Origin: Spirochaetia bacterium
Lineage (GTDB): Bacteria > Spirochaetota > Spirochaetia > UBA9216
DNA: 64,000 nucleotides
Reading direction: 5' to 3'
Assembly (NCBI GenBank): GCA_963675665.1
Contig: OY776510.1
Span: 2,432,001 to 2,496,000 of the forward strand
Shown here piece by piece: positions 29,663 through 39,251 of the stretch. A model generated the notes under the pieces. That model saw only the letters and a program-made list of their open reading frames with translations. It made no database searches and was not told where the DNA came from. Numbering within the stretch: the first letter of the stretch is position 1; every line of letters begins with the position of its first letter. Position numbers and translations under genes: made by a program.

Positions 29663-29703
29663 TTTTACAAGATTAATACAGGCATGCAGGCCATGTCAAG
29701 AAC

Positions 29704-29715
29704 ATTGTATACAAT
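29704..29715. promoter_or_regulatory. Palindromic operator candidate just upstream of the ALDH -35 box (TTGACA at 29699-29694)
   Basis: Perfect palindrome ATTGTATACAAT, GntR-family-like. Confidence 0.45.
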
Positions 29716-29813
29716 AAGATCGTTTACTGCATGTAACAAGGTTGTCACATTCTTCTGTTTTTACTTTTTTTATGATATAATCATCTATATTTTATATTGG
29801 AACGAGGTTCAGG

Positions 29814-30592
29814 ATGAAAAAATTGATGATAATTTTTCTTGTGTTTTCTGCTTTAATCTTCAGCAGTTGTGATTTTTTTACAGTATTTTCGGATCCCCGG
29901 ATGCCTACATAATTACGTTCTCAATGCAGGGAAGTGTTGGTGAAGCTGAAATAGATAATGAAAACCGAACTGTTGTTATTACAGTTGAACCGATGGATAT
30001 CTCTGATATCTCGCCCGACATAACGATATCTGAAGGAGCCACTATAACCGGACCATCATCTATCGAGGACGGAGTAGCTGCTGTATATACTCTTACAGCT
30101 GAGAACGGTGATATTCTGGAATGGGAAGTAACAATTAATGTACAGTACGGTGTTTCATTTACCGTTGAAGGCCAGAAGGTTGTTCTGACCGGAGGTTTTA
30201 AAGACAGCGGCGATTTCACAGCCAATGAGGCTTGCGGCCACGGGGTTCCAGGCATTCAGAAAATTGACGGAGATGGTATGGCCCTTGAACATGTCTACGA
30301 CTGGAATGTTTTATCCGAAGCACCACCGTACGATTATTTGGATATATATGTTAATGGTATGACAACAGGTACATTTAAAGGAGAATTTGATTTCTATGAT
30401 TATTCGGAAGACTCCTTAGAATACTTCTACGGTAATATAGCAGTATCAGAGTTCGGTGCAATCGGCGGAAATTTCCGGGCTGAGTTCTCAGGAGTTAACG
30501 AAGGTGAAACAAAAAGTCTGATAAACGGTTTTGCCAAGCTTATGGTCATCGAGGACCTTGGCTTCGGGAGCATCGAAGAAGTATTGTATTAG
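29814..30592 (+). pseudogene. Frameshifted lipoprotein (DUF5018/Ig-like domain)
   Basis: MKKLMIIFLVFSALIFSS-C signal peptide stops at 29912; one extra T in the T7 run at 29873-29879 fuses it in frame to ORF 29924..30592. Confidence 0.78.
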
Positions 30593-30609
30593 AATTTATG
30601 TTCCTGGCT

Positions 30610-30647
30610 GCTTACGCCGTTTTCCTGTAATTTCTTCGGCGTAAGCT
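30610..30647 (+). terminator. Stem-loop after the lipoprotein gene
   Basis: gcttacgccg/cggcgtaagc inverted repeat. Confidence 0.5.
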
Positions 30648-30708
30648 GATGTTTCAAAATATCTGTTCATTTTTTTGATTTATTCCTGTTTTTTACTATA
30701 ATAAAAAC

Positions 30709-32493
30709 ATGAAAAGCTTTAAGGACCCTTTTCTTTTTATTATTGCCGCTTATACTGTTTTTTTTACTGTGCCCGCCGTTCTGTCTGCGCAGGATGATAT
30801 TGAAAGTTTAAAAAAGAAAGTTCTGGTTATACACCCGTTTCATGAGCTCAGTGAATGGGAAAGCAGTTTCAATTATGCTTTTCATTCGGCACTTAGCAAA
30901 AGAGAGGATGTTCAGGTAAGCATTTTTCATGAATTCAGCGCTGCAGATCTTGCCGACGGGTTTAAGACAGAAGAAGAACTGGCTGAAGATCTGGGAAATC
31001 TTGTAGATTTTATCAAACCGGATGCCATTGTTTCATTATTTTCATCGATACATAATCTTATGATTGATTATCAAAGTATAATTAATGCAAATGTACCAAA
31101 TATCTGTGTTCCGGTAACGGAACAGATGATGAAAAAGCTGGAATCGTTACCGGGCTTTTATGGTGTAAAAAGTATCTCCGGAAAAGCCATGGCTGAGACA
31201 ATTAATGTAATGAAGTTGCTGATACCTGAATTACGGCAGATATATGTTGTCGGAGGCGTTTCAGTTACTGATAATACATACAGAAGACTGTTTCAATCCG
31301 TAATCAGTACCGGGCAGACAGATTTGGAATACCATTACCTGACAGGTTTGTCTCTGGCCAAGCTTCTTTCCGAGGTTTCGGGGCTGCCTGCAAATTCAGC
31401 AATATTTTATTTAACAGTGAACGAAGATAATAAAGGCGACTATTATAATACGAATGCAATATTGCCTGAAATCGTAAAAAAGGCATCTGTACCCATCTTT
31501 TCATTTTATGATTCGCTTCTTGGTTTCGATATAGTCGGCGGAAATATGACGAGCGCTGAATTTTACGGAAATTATACTGCAGAATTACTGATCAAGCTTA
31601 TGACCGAAGCATCTTCCGATATTCAGGAAAATGAGGAGAGAAGCAGCTTTATATTTAACTGGCCGCAGTTGAAACGTTGGGGGATCGATGTCGATATGCT
31701 TCCGGAAAACAGTATAGTCATGGATCGGGAGTACACATTCCGGGAACAATATAAAGGCCGCATTATTGCGGCTATTGCAATCGGAATTCTTCAAGCCGTA
31801 CTGATAATTGCTTTGATATATTTCCTGAATAAGAAAAGACTTGCGGAGAAAATGCTTCAGCAGAGAAAGAACCAGCTTGAAGAATCTCTTAATGAGAAAG
31901 AGATTCTGCTGAAAGAAATTCATCATCGCGTAAAAAATAACATGGCCATAATAAGCTCTTTTCTGAACCTGCAGTCTGATAATCTAGATAAGGATCTTTC
32001 AGAAATTTTTATCACTGCTGAAAACAGGGTTCAATCCATGGCTTTGATACACGAACAGCTATATAAAAATGATACATTCGGAGATATCAACCTGCAGGAC
32101 TATTTTAAGGATCTGATAAACAATTTGGTACAGAGTTATAAACTTGCATGTGTGCTGGATCTTAAAATGAATATTCAGAAGCTGAGTCTTGACCTGGACA
32201 AGCTGATACCTATAGGAATTATTACCAATGAAATAATCTCCAACTCGATGAAGCATGCATTCAATTGCGAAAAGAAGCCCGCGCTTGAAATTCAACTGAA
32301 AGCTCTGGAACATTCGAGATGTATTCTTGAAATAACAGACAACGGGCCCGGTTTTCCGCTGGAAATTTTAACGGATAAAAAAGACTCTATCGGAATAATT
32401 ATTATTAAATCCCTGGTTGAACAGCTGAACGGCAAGATAGAATTATCAACTGTAGAAGGGGTTAATTATAAAATTTCTTTTCCAATGCATTAA
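30709..32493 (+). CDS. Sensor histidine kinase (HisKA_2 type) with periplasmic ABC-SBP-like sensor
   Basis: EIHHRVKNN, SMALIHEQLY, NEIISNSMKHAF and DNGPG motifs; signal peptide plus one TM. Confidence 0.92.
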   Translation: MKSFKDPFLFIIAAYTVFFTVPAVLSAQDDIESLKKKVLVIHPFHELSEWESSFNYAFHSALSKREDVQVSIFHEFSAADLADGFKTEEELAEDLGNLVDFIKPDAIVSLFSSIHNLMIDYQSIINANVPNICVPVTEQMMKKLESLPGFYGVKSISGKAMAETINVMKLLIPELRQIYVVGGVSVTDNTYRRLFQSVISTGQTDLEYHYLTGLSLAKLLSEVSGLPANSAIFYLTVNEDNKGDYYNTNAILPEIVKKASVPIFSFYDSLLGFDIVGGNMTSAEFYGNYTAELLIKLMTEASSDIQENEERSSFIFNWPQLKRWGIDVDMLPENSIVMDREYTFREQYKGRIIAAIAIGILQAVLIIALIYFLNKKRLAEKMLQQRKNQLEESLNEKEILLKEIHHRVKNNMAIISSFLNLQSDNLDKDLSEIFITAENRVQSMALIHEQLYKNDTFGDINLQDYFKDLINNLVQSYKLACVLDLKMNIQKLSLDLDKLIPIGIITNEIISNSMKHAFNCEKKPALEIQLKALEHSRCILEITDNGPGFPLEILTDKKDSIGIIIIKSLVEQLNGKIELSTVEGVNYKISFPMH

Positions 32494-32565
32494 CCGGTAT
32501 TTCAGGAACACAGAAGGACGGCGCCTCTTGATTATTTTGTATACGATTTATAAAATGTCTTTAAA

Positions 32566-33711
32566 TTGAAAAATAATCAGCTATTATCATTTTTATCTTT
32601 TCTTCGTTCCCCGAAAATAAACGATGACATCAAATTGGATTATCTATTTTATAAATTCAATACAAATAATTTCAGGATAATCATTCTCGCAAGTGTTCTT
32701 TTTTTTGAACAGCTGCTGCTTGGAATTCTTGTTGCCGGAAAAGAATCAGTATTAAGGTATGTTTATTTTATTTCAGCTATAATAATGTTGCTCTATATTA
32801 TGGCGGGAATATTTTTCTACAATAAAAGACCGGGAAAAATAAGGGGGCATCACCAGATTTATGAAATAAGTTTCGCATTTATCGGAATATATATTGCTGT
32901 TTTTCGGATTCTGGTGGTAGAAAACGGAAATCCTGGAGTGCCTGCTGTTTATATGGCCGTACTTTACGGAGTTGCCGTTATTTTTGTTTTCAATCTATGG
33001 CAGGGTGTTGTATTATATGGATCTGTTACTATTGCAGCTGTAATTCTAATGCCTTACTTTAATTCCGGAATTACTGTTTCAAATTACAGATCTGATATTA
33101 TTACTAACGGAATAATTGCCTGGGTTGTTTTGTTTATAAATTATCGCAGATTCCAGAATGCTTTTATTGATAAGAAACATATTGAAGAAATTAATCTCGA
33201 ATTGCATGAAAAATCAATTCGGGACGGACTGACCGGACTATATAACAGGCGTAAGCTGGACGAAGTATTTCAGGAAGTGTGTCTTAAAGCTGAACGGTAT
33301 AAAAATGATTTTGCGGTAATAATGATGGATATAGATCATTTCAAGGATATAAACGATCGGTTTGGTCATAGTTTCGGTGATGTGGTTCTGACAAAAATCG
33401 CCAGAATTCTTGAGAACAATATACGGGAAGTAGATGTTTGTGGCAGGTGGGGCGGTGAAGAATTTCAGATCATCTGCCATGAAACTGAAATGGAAGCAGC
33501 AGGACAACTGGCTGAACGGCTTCGGCTGATGATAGAAGAACAGTTGTTTCGGGACGGAATTCATATCACTGCCAGTTTCGGGGTATCGTCATGGAGCGAA
33601 TGCGGTAATGATTCGGAAAAACTGATCGAAACGGCTGATTCAAGACTTTATCAGGCCAAGGCTGACGGCCGGAACCGGGTTAATGCCGGCCAATGGATGA
33701 AATCAACCTGA
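32566..33711 (+). CDS. Membrane diguanylate cyclase
   Basis: About six TMs; DGLTGLYNRR, DIDHFK, REVD I-site, GGEEF. Confidence 0.92.
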   Translation: MKNNQLLSFLSFLRSPKINDDIKLDYLFYKFNTNNFRIIILASVLFFEQLLLGILVAGKESVLRYVYFISAIIMLLYIMAGIFFYNKRPGKIRGHHQIYEISFAFIGIYIAVFRILVVENGNPGVPAVYMAVLYGVAVIFVFNLWQGVVLYGSVTIAAVILMPYFNSGITVSNYRSDIITNGIIAWVVLFINYRRFQNAFIDKKHIEEINLELHEKSIRDGLTGLYNRRKLDEVFQEVCLKAERYKNDFAVIMMDIDHFKDINDRFGHSFGDVVLTKIARILENNIREVDVCGRWGGEEFQIICHETEMEAAGQLAERLRLMIEEQLFRDGIHITASFGVSSWSECGNDSEKLIETADSRLYQAKADGRNRVNAGQWMKST

Positions 33712-33746
33712 TCTTGCAGATGTAAGAAACAGAATATGGAGAAATC

Positions 33747-35033
33747 ATGAGGAAAAACGTTATTGTTGCCCAGTCCGGCGGGCCTTCGCCTGTAATAAAT
33801 GCGTCTCTTTTGGGAGTGATAGAAGAATGCCGGAACAGACCCGATGTCTTCGGTAAAATCTATGCTGCATGGCACGGAGTTGAAGGCATACTGAAAGAAG
33901 AGCTTATCGATATAGATAAAGAGGATGATGCCGAGATTGAATTGCTGCAATATACGCCTGCAAGCGGGGCGATAGGCACCTGCCGATATAAACTGAAAGA
34001 GAACAATGCGGAGGATTTTGAACGCATTATTGAAGTATTCAAAGCCCAGAACGTAGGCTGGTTTTTTTATATCGGCGGAAATGACTCCATGGATACTGCA
34101 ATGAAAGTTTCAGCGCTTGCCGAAAAGCATGGAATTGAACTGGTTGCGGCCGGTGTTCCTAAAACAATCGACAACGATATAGGAGATGAGCAGTTTACAA
34201 TTATTGATCATACTCCGGGTTACGGCAGTGCGGCACGTTACTGGTCTCATATTATTCAGCAGACGGAAGAAGAGAACCGGGCCATAGGGGTTTCGGAGCC
34301 AGTTGCCGTTCTTCAGGCAATGGGAAGAACCAGCGGGTATATTCCGGCTGCCGCCCGCCTTGCAGATCCAAAGCGGGAAATGCCGCTTCAGCTTTACCTT
34401 GCTGAAGCTGATCATAATCTTGAATCGTTGACTGAGAACGTCAACCGTTTACTGAAAGAGCGGGGCCGCTGTATTGTTGTTGCGAGCGAAGGGTTTAATG
34501 CCGGCAGTCTCGGCGAAGCCCGGGACGGGTTTGGTCATATTGAATACGGTGCAAGCCGAACAACAGTTGCGCAGAAGATTGTGAACCACCTCAATGAAGC
34601 CGGGCTTAACGCACACGGACAGGCTACAGGACAGGTTCCGGGAATCCTTCAGCGCAGTACAAGCCTTTTTGCTTCAACAGTTGATATAGAAGAGGCGCGG
34701 TTTGTCGGCCGAAAGGCGGTAGATATTGCCGTAAAAGACGGTTCAGGATGGATGGCGACCATACTTCGCGACAGAAGCAAAACAGAATACAGCATCTATT
34801 ACGATAAAGTTAAACTGGAAAAGGCGGCAAATGTAGCGCGGCAGCTTCCTGCCGGCTGGATAACTGCGGACGGGCTTGATGTGACTGATGATTTTATCGA
34901 TTATGCGCTGCCGCTTATAGGAAACGGACCTCCTCCGGTTCCGTTTGAAAACGGTCTGATGCGTTTTGCCAGGTTTAAAAGAATTTTCATTGAAAAGAAA
35001 GCCTCGTCGTACGTTCCTGTTAATCTGCGCTAA
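33747..35033 (+). CDS. Phosphofructokinase (PPi-type GGND motif)
   Basis: QSGGPSPVIN, IGGNDSMD, PKTIDND and MGR motifs. Confidence 0.9.
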   Translation: MRKNVIVAQSGGPSPVINASLLGVIEECRNRPDVFGKIYAAWHGVEGILKEELIDIDKEDDAEIELLQYTPASGAIGTCRYKLKENNAEDFERIIEVFKAQNVGWFFYIGGNDSMDTAMKVSALAEKHGIELVAAGVPKTIDNDIGDEQFTIIDHTPGYGSAARYWSHIIQQTEEENRAIGVSEPVAVLQAMGRTSGYIPAAARLADPKREMPLQLYLAEADHNLESLTENVNRLLKERGRCIVVASEGFNAGSLGEARDGFGHIEYGASRTTVAQKIVNHLNEAGLNAHGQATGQVPGILQRSTSLFASTVDIEEARFVGRKAVDIAVKDGSGWMATILRDRSKTEYSIYYDKVKLEKAANVARQLPAGWITADGLDVTDDFIDYALPLIGNGPPPVPFENGLMRFARFKRIFIEKKASSYVPVNLR

Positions 35034-35737
35034 TCGGATGTAATTGTAAAAAGAAGCCGGTTTCCGTCTTTGCCGTAGTTTTCAATCAGATCAAGTTTGC
35101 GAAGAAGGTATGTGATTTGTCCCGCAAGTTTCATTTGCCCGCGGCGGCCGGTGCCGAGAGGAGGAAGTTTTTCAGCCACCTCGCGGTTTCCGAAAGGGAA
35201 GGAAAGTCCGGAAGGCAGCAGCTTAAGGTAATCTGTTTTTTCATAAAATTGTTTACAGTCGATTACTTCCGTCAGAAGCCGGTCTTCAATTGATATTCCT
35301 CCGCGCCGCCATGAACCTTTTCCGTTGTCGCACCTGATTTCTTCCTGTTTTACAAGCAGGATTTCAACTGTAAGGTTGATATTGTCAAGGATGTCAGGAA
35401 TGTACAGGAGCTCCGAAGCTGCTGTGCATGTTGTTGCGCGTTTAGGCGAACGGCGACGTGATCGAAGACTTCCGTCGTTGTTATAAACCGAGATTATTGT
35501 TTCGGCAGCAAGCGGATAAACAAGACGAACCGGGTGCTTCTGCAGCAGCACTTTCAGTTTTTTCCTTATTCCCGAGAAATTTCCGGTTTGAATCTCTATG
35601 AGTTCTTCAGGATTTACGACATCAACGACATAGCCGGACACCGATTGTTCGGTAACTGATTTTACCGATGAATACCTCTCTTTCAGCTGCCGGTGAAGGC
35701 TTTTTTCGTTTAATCCGCCTATTATCGAAGAACTCAT
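35030..35737 (-). CDS. Conserved hypothetical protein, PD-(D/E)XK nuclease-like
   Basis: EKSLHRQLK...GYVVDV...IEIQT pattern and RRRSPK basic patch. Confidence 0.6.
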   Translation of the reverse strand: MSSSIIGGLNEKSLHRQLKERYSSVKSVTEQSVSGYVVDVVNPEELIEIQTGNFSGIRKKLKVLLQKHPVRLVYPLAAETIISVYNNDGSLRSRRRSPKRATTCTAASELLYIPDILDNINLTVEILLVKQEEIRCDNGKGSWRRGGISIEDRLLTEVIDCKQFYEKTDYLKLLPSGLSFPFGNREVAEKLPPLGTGRRGQMKLAGQITYLLRKLDLIENYGKDGNRLLFTITSD

Positions 35738-35743
35738 ATTTTA

Positions 35744-36547
35744 TTATCGGTTCCTTCGTCTTAAAGAGATTTCCCGGTATTCGGCACAAATTTCAAATCC
35801 GACCTTCCTGTAACAGGCAACCGCGGAGAGGTTTTCCTTTTTTACATTCAGCCCGACACGCAGCCCTTCCGAGACTAATGCCCTGCACAGGGCCGCTGTC
35901 ACTTTTGTGCCGTAACCTTTCCCCCTGTAATCAGGATGGGTTGTGATGTTCCCTGCAGCTGAAGCTGCGTATTCAGGTGAAAACACGTGCGTGCCTGCAA
36001 TGCTGATAAGCCGGCCGTTTACGCTGATTCCGTAGTATCGGTTTAGTTCAAGCATATCAGGATCAAACCAGTTGCCCGGATAACTTTCGCGGTACAGTTC
36101 AAGCATCTGTGGGATATTTTCACGGCCGAGACGGACGGCATTACCGGTGTCCGGTGATTCAGGCCCGGGGAACTGTTTTAACGCCATTTTATAGTGAGGA
36201 ACCGACGATTTAAAATCATGAGTATCTGCGAACAGTTCTTCAAGTCCGGGACTCAGATGCGCAACAAAGCATTCGGGCAACAGAGCTGAAGTGCCTGATA
36301 TTAATTCTTTCATATACGCGAATTCGGTTTCGGTATTGCCTGTTAACGCCATGACGGCCGGAAGCCCGCCTCCCCGGTAAATACAGATTATTGCGGAAAG
36401 ATTTCCTCCTGCAGTCGTCAATCCATGCCATGTTATAAATGGCTTGAAACGTTCGTCGAGATCGCCTATCGAATAAATATGAAGGTAAGGCTGTTCTTCT
36501 AGCAGCTGAAGAATTTCAGAAGTATCTGTAGGGGTAACGATCGGCAC
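35744..36547 (-). CDS. GNAT family N-acetyltransferase
   Basis: GNITTHPDYRGKGYG acetyl-CoA motif; NLSAVACYRKVGF. Confidence 0.88.
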   Translation of the reverse strand: MPIVTPTDTSEILQLLEEQPYLHIYSIGDLDERFKPFITWHGLTTAGGNLSAIICIYRGGGLPAVMALTGNTETEFAYMKELISGTSALLPECFVAHLSPGLEELFADTHDFKSSVPHYKMALKQFPGPESPDTGNAVRLGRENIPQMLELYRESYPGNWFDPDMLELNRYYGISVNGRLISIAGTHVFSPEYAASAAGNITTHPDYRGKGYGTKVTAALCRALVSEGLRVGLNVKKENLSAVACYRKVGFEICAEYREISLRRRNR

Positions 36548-36564
36548 GGCTCGGCGCTCCCGTA

Positions 36565-37308
36565 TTAAAGCCTTCCGGCTTCGATTATTCTCTGTAGAAA
36601 TTGCCGCGTTCGGGGGTTTTCAGGCGATGAAAAAAGCTGCTCCGGCGGAGCTTCTTCAAGAATCCTGCCGCCGTCGAGAAAACAGACGCGATCGGCAACA
36701 TCACGGGCAAAACCCATCTCGTGGGTTACAATCAGCATGGTCATCCCCTGGTCTCTGAGACTTTTTATTACGGAAAGTACATCGCCAATAAGCTCGGGAT
36801 CGAGCGCGGCAGTTACCTCGTCGAGCAATAGCAGTTCGGGTTTTGTAGCCATGGCCCTGACAATAGCAACGCGCTGCTGCTGCCCTCCCGAAAGCTGTTC
36901 GGGGTATGATGTTGCAAACGTTTCAAGTCCGAACAAACCGAGAAGTTCAAGCGCGTAAGCCTCGCTTTCATTTTTTGAGATCCCGTGGACTTTTCGGGGA
37001 GCAAGGGTAATGTTGTCGAGCACCGTCATTGTAGGAAACAGGTTGTATGCCTGGAACACAATGCCGATCCTTTTGTACAGCTCTATTGAAGGCAGCGCCG
37101 GGTCGTGAATCGATACGCCGTCGATTTTTATTTCGCCGCTGTCGAAATCAACAAGATCATTAACACACCGTAGAAGCGTAGATTTTCCCGAACCCGAAGC
37201 ACCTATAAGACATACAACTTCGTGTTCCTTTACTTTGAGGTCCACGTCGTCAAGGACAAGTTTTTCTCCATAATATTTTGTCAGATTTTTTATTTCTATA
37301 CGGTACAT
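36565..37308 (-). CDS. Polar amino acid ABC transporter ATP-binding protein
   Basis: GASGSGKST, LSGGQQQRVAI, LLDEVTAALDPEL and VTHEMGFA motifs. Confidence 0.95.
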   Translation of the reverse strand: MYRIEIKNLTKYYGEKLVLDDVDLKVKEHEVVCLIGASGSGKSTLLRCVNDLVDFDSGEIKIDGVSIHDPALPSIELYKRIGIVFQAYNLFPTMTVLDNITLAPRKVHGISKNESEAYALELLGLFGLETFATSYPEQLSGGQQQRVAIVRAMATKPELLLLDEVTAALDPELIGDVLSVIKSLRDQGMTMLIVTHEMGFARDVADRVCFLDGGRILEEAPPEQLFSSPENPRTRQFLQRIIEAGRL

Positions 37309-38157
37309 CTATGTTGTCCTTTGCAAACGCCTTTCACGGTCTTTTGTCGTTACGTAATCGGTAAGCCTTGCCATTGGAATTGTTGCCGCAAGAAAAAGCA
37401 GCGCGGCGGCGATCAGGGTTGAATAGTTAAAGGTTCTTGCGGTGTATATCTGTGCTTCGCGCACGGCGTCCCGAATTCCCAGAACCGAAAGCAGCGCAAC
37501 GTCTTTCTGAAGCGCAACTGCAAGGTTCAGCAGCGACGGTATGACGTTTCTGATTGCCTGCGGCAGGATTGCATAACGCAGGGTCTGGCCCTGGTTGAGG
37601 CCCAGGGCTTTGGCTGCCGCGCGCTGACCGTCATGGACCGAATCCATTCCCGACCGGTATACTTCAGCGGCATAGGCTGAATAGCTTGAAATCATTGCAA
37701 GCGCTCCCCAGAACAAACTGCTTCTCGGCAGCCCCGGGATATTCAGCGCCGGCATGCCGAAACCGAAAAGAAGTACAAGCAGCAGTGAAGGAAGGCCGCG
37801 CAGAAGGTCTATATAAACTATTGAAAAAACCCTCAGCGGAGCGAACCATGGACCGTGAAGCGAACGGAATATCGCAAGCACAAGCGCCCAGACAGCAATG
37901 ACTACAAGGGCCACAGCCCAGACAGCCATATTTATGCCGAAACCGTGAAGTACCTTCGGAAAGACGTCGATAATTACATCCAGATTAAAAAATTGCGCTT
38001 TTATACGGGGCCATTGTTCAGCGCGGATTATAATTGATCTTAAAATAAAAAAAGCCGCCAGAACGGTAGCTGTACTTATAAGATGGGGAAGAATCCTTTC
38101 GCGCATTGGAAGGTTATGCCCCCTCCGCCTTTGCGGACGGGGACTTTTTAAACTCAC
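37309..38157 (-). CDS. Polar amino acid ABC transporter permease
   Basis: YIDLLRGLP and AYAAEVYRSG...GQRAAAKALG EAA loop. Confidence 0.93.
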   Translation of the reverse strand: MSLKSPRPQRRRGHNLPMRERILPHLISTATVLAAFFILRSIIIRAEQWPRIKAQFFNLDVIIDVFPKVLHGFGINMAVWAVALVVIAVWALVLAIFRSLHGPWFAPLRVFSIVYIDLLRGLPSLLLVLLFGFGMPALNIPGLPRSSLFWGALAMISSYSAYAAEVYRSGMDSVHDGQRAAAKALGLNQGQTLRYAILPQAIRNVIPSLLNLAVALQKDVALLSVLGIRDAVREAQIYTARTFNYSTLIAAALLFLAATIPMARLTDYVTTKDRERRLQRTT

Positions 38158-39038
38158 TCCGAAATCTCCGGGATGGATTCATCGCCTATAAGATACTCGG
38201 ATGTCAGGTCGGCAACTACGCCTTTCGCAATTATTGCTTTAAGACCTTCGTTAATCCATTCTGCAAGCGGATTGCCTTTTTCAAAAATCAGTCCGTGCCC
38301 AAGGTCCTTGGGATCATGGGGCAGAATGGCCGCTACGGTTGCCTCGGGGACCTGAACGGCTGTTACAAAAAGGGCTGTAGGAAGCTCGATACAGGTCACA
38401 TCAATCTGACCGCCGAGTAATGCCTGAAAGGTGCCTATCTGATCGTTGAATACTGCAACATCGTCAACACCTATCATGTTTTCGATATAATCCAGGTCGG
38501 CTGTCCCGATGGTTGCTCCCCATTTCAGGCCCTGCAGATCCTTGAAGCTTTTGGCATTGGACGCGCCGCTTCCGGGAAGGGCTACAACTGCCTTTTCCGG
38601 TTTGTAATAAACCATGGAAAAGTCCACGAATTCCTTACGTTCCTCGGTAACGGTATACTGCTGAATATTGAAATCATAAGGTTTTGCTCCCGGAGCAATG
38701 CCCTGATCGAAGGTCTGTCTTACCCATACAACGTCTTCACTCGCAAAACCAAGCTCTTCTGCGAGTGCATAAACAAGACCGTTCTCGAATCCGATACCTG
38801 CCGCCGGATCATCATCCATCATCCACGGCGGATAAGCGGGATCTCCGGTTGCAACGGTGAGCTTGCCGGGTGTATAAAGCCTCGGATCGTTCGGTGTTTT
38901 TTCAAGTGATACTGTTTTTTCTTCTACAGATGGGGTTTCTGCAGGCGCTTTTTTCTGACAACCGGTTAGAACAAACAATGTAAGAAGGCTTGCCGCAAGC
39001 AGAATTAAAAGAATGCGTCGAGTCATGTTTTCCTCCAT
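38154..39038 (-). CDS. Amino acid ABC transporter substrate-binding lipoprotein (family 3)
   Basis: LTG-C lipobox; GKLTVATGDPAYPPW; the start may be ATG 39026. Confidence 0.9.
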   Translation of the reverse strand: MEENMTRRILLILLAASLLTLFVLTGCQKKAPAETPSVEEKTVSLEKTPNDPRLYTPGKLTVATGDPAYPPWMMDDDPAAGIGFENGLVYALAEELGFASEDVVWVRQTFDQGIAPGAKPYDFNIQQYTVTEERKEFVDFSMVYYKPEKAVVALPGSGASNAKSFKDLQGLKWGATIGTADLDYIENMIGVDDVAVFNDQIGTFQALLGGQIDVTCIELPTALFVTAVQVPEATVAAILPHDPKDLGHGLIFEKGNPLAEWINEGLKAIIAKGVVADLTSEYLIGDESIPEISE

Positions 39039-39251
39039 AGGACTTTTTTCACAGTTTGAATAAACTGTCTGTTAAAAACAGATTAGGGGCAAATTGCGAA
39101 TTGGTCAATGATTATACTTATCAAAAAATATAAACTCCGAATAAATTTATATAGCTGTTAAAATATAAAAAAAAATTAAATTATTGTTATAATCTCAATC
39201 CTGGCTTAAAATAAATGTTGGTGTAAAATATACTTAAAAAAGGAGAAAAAA

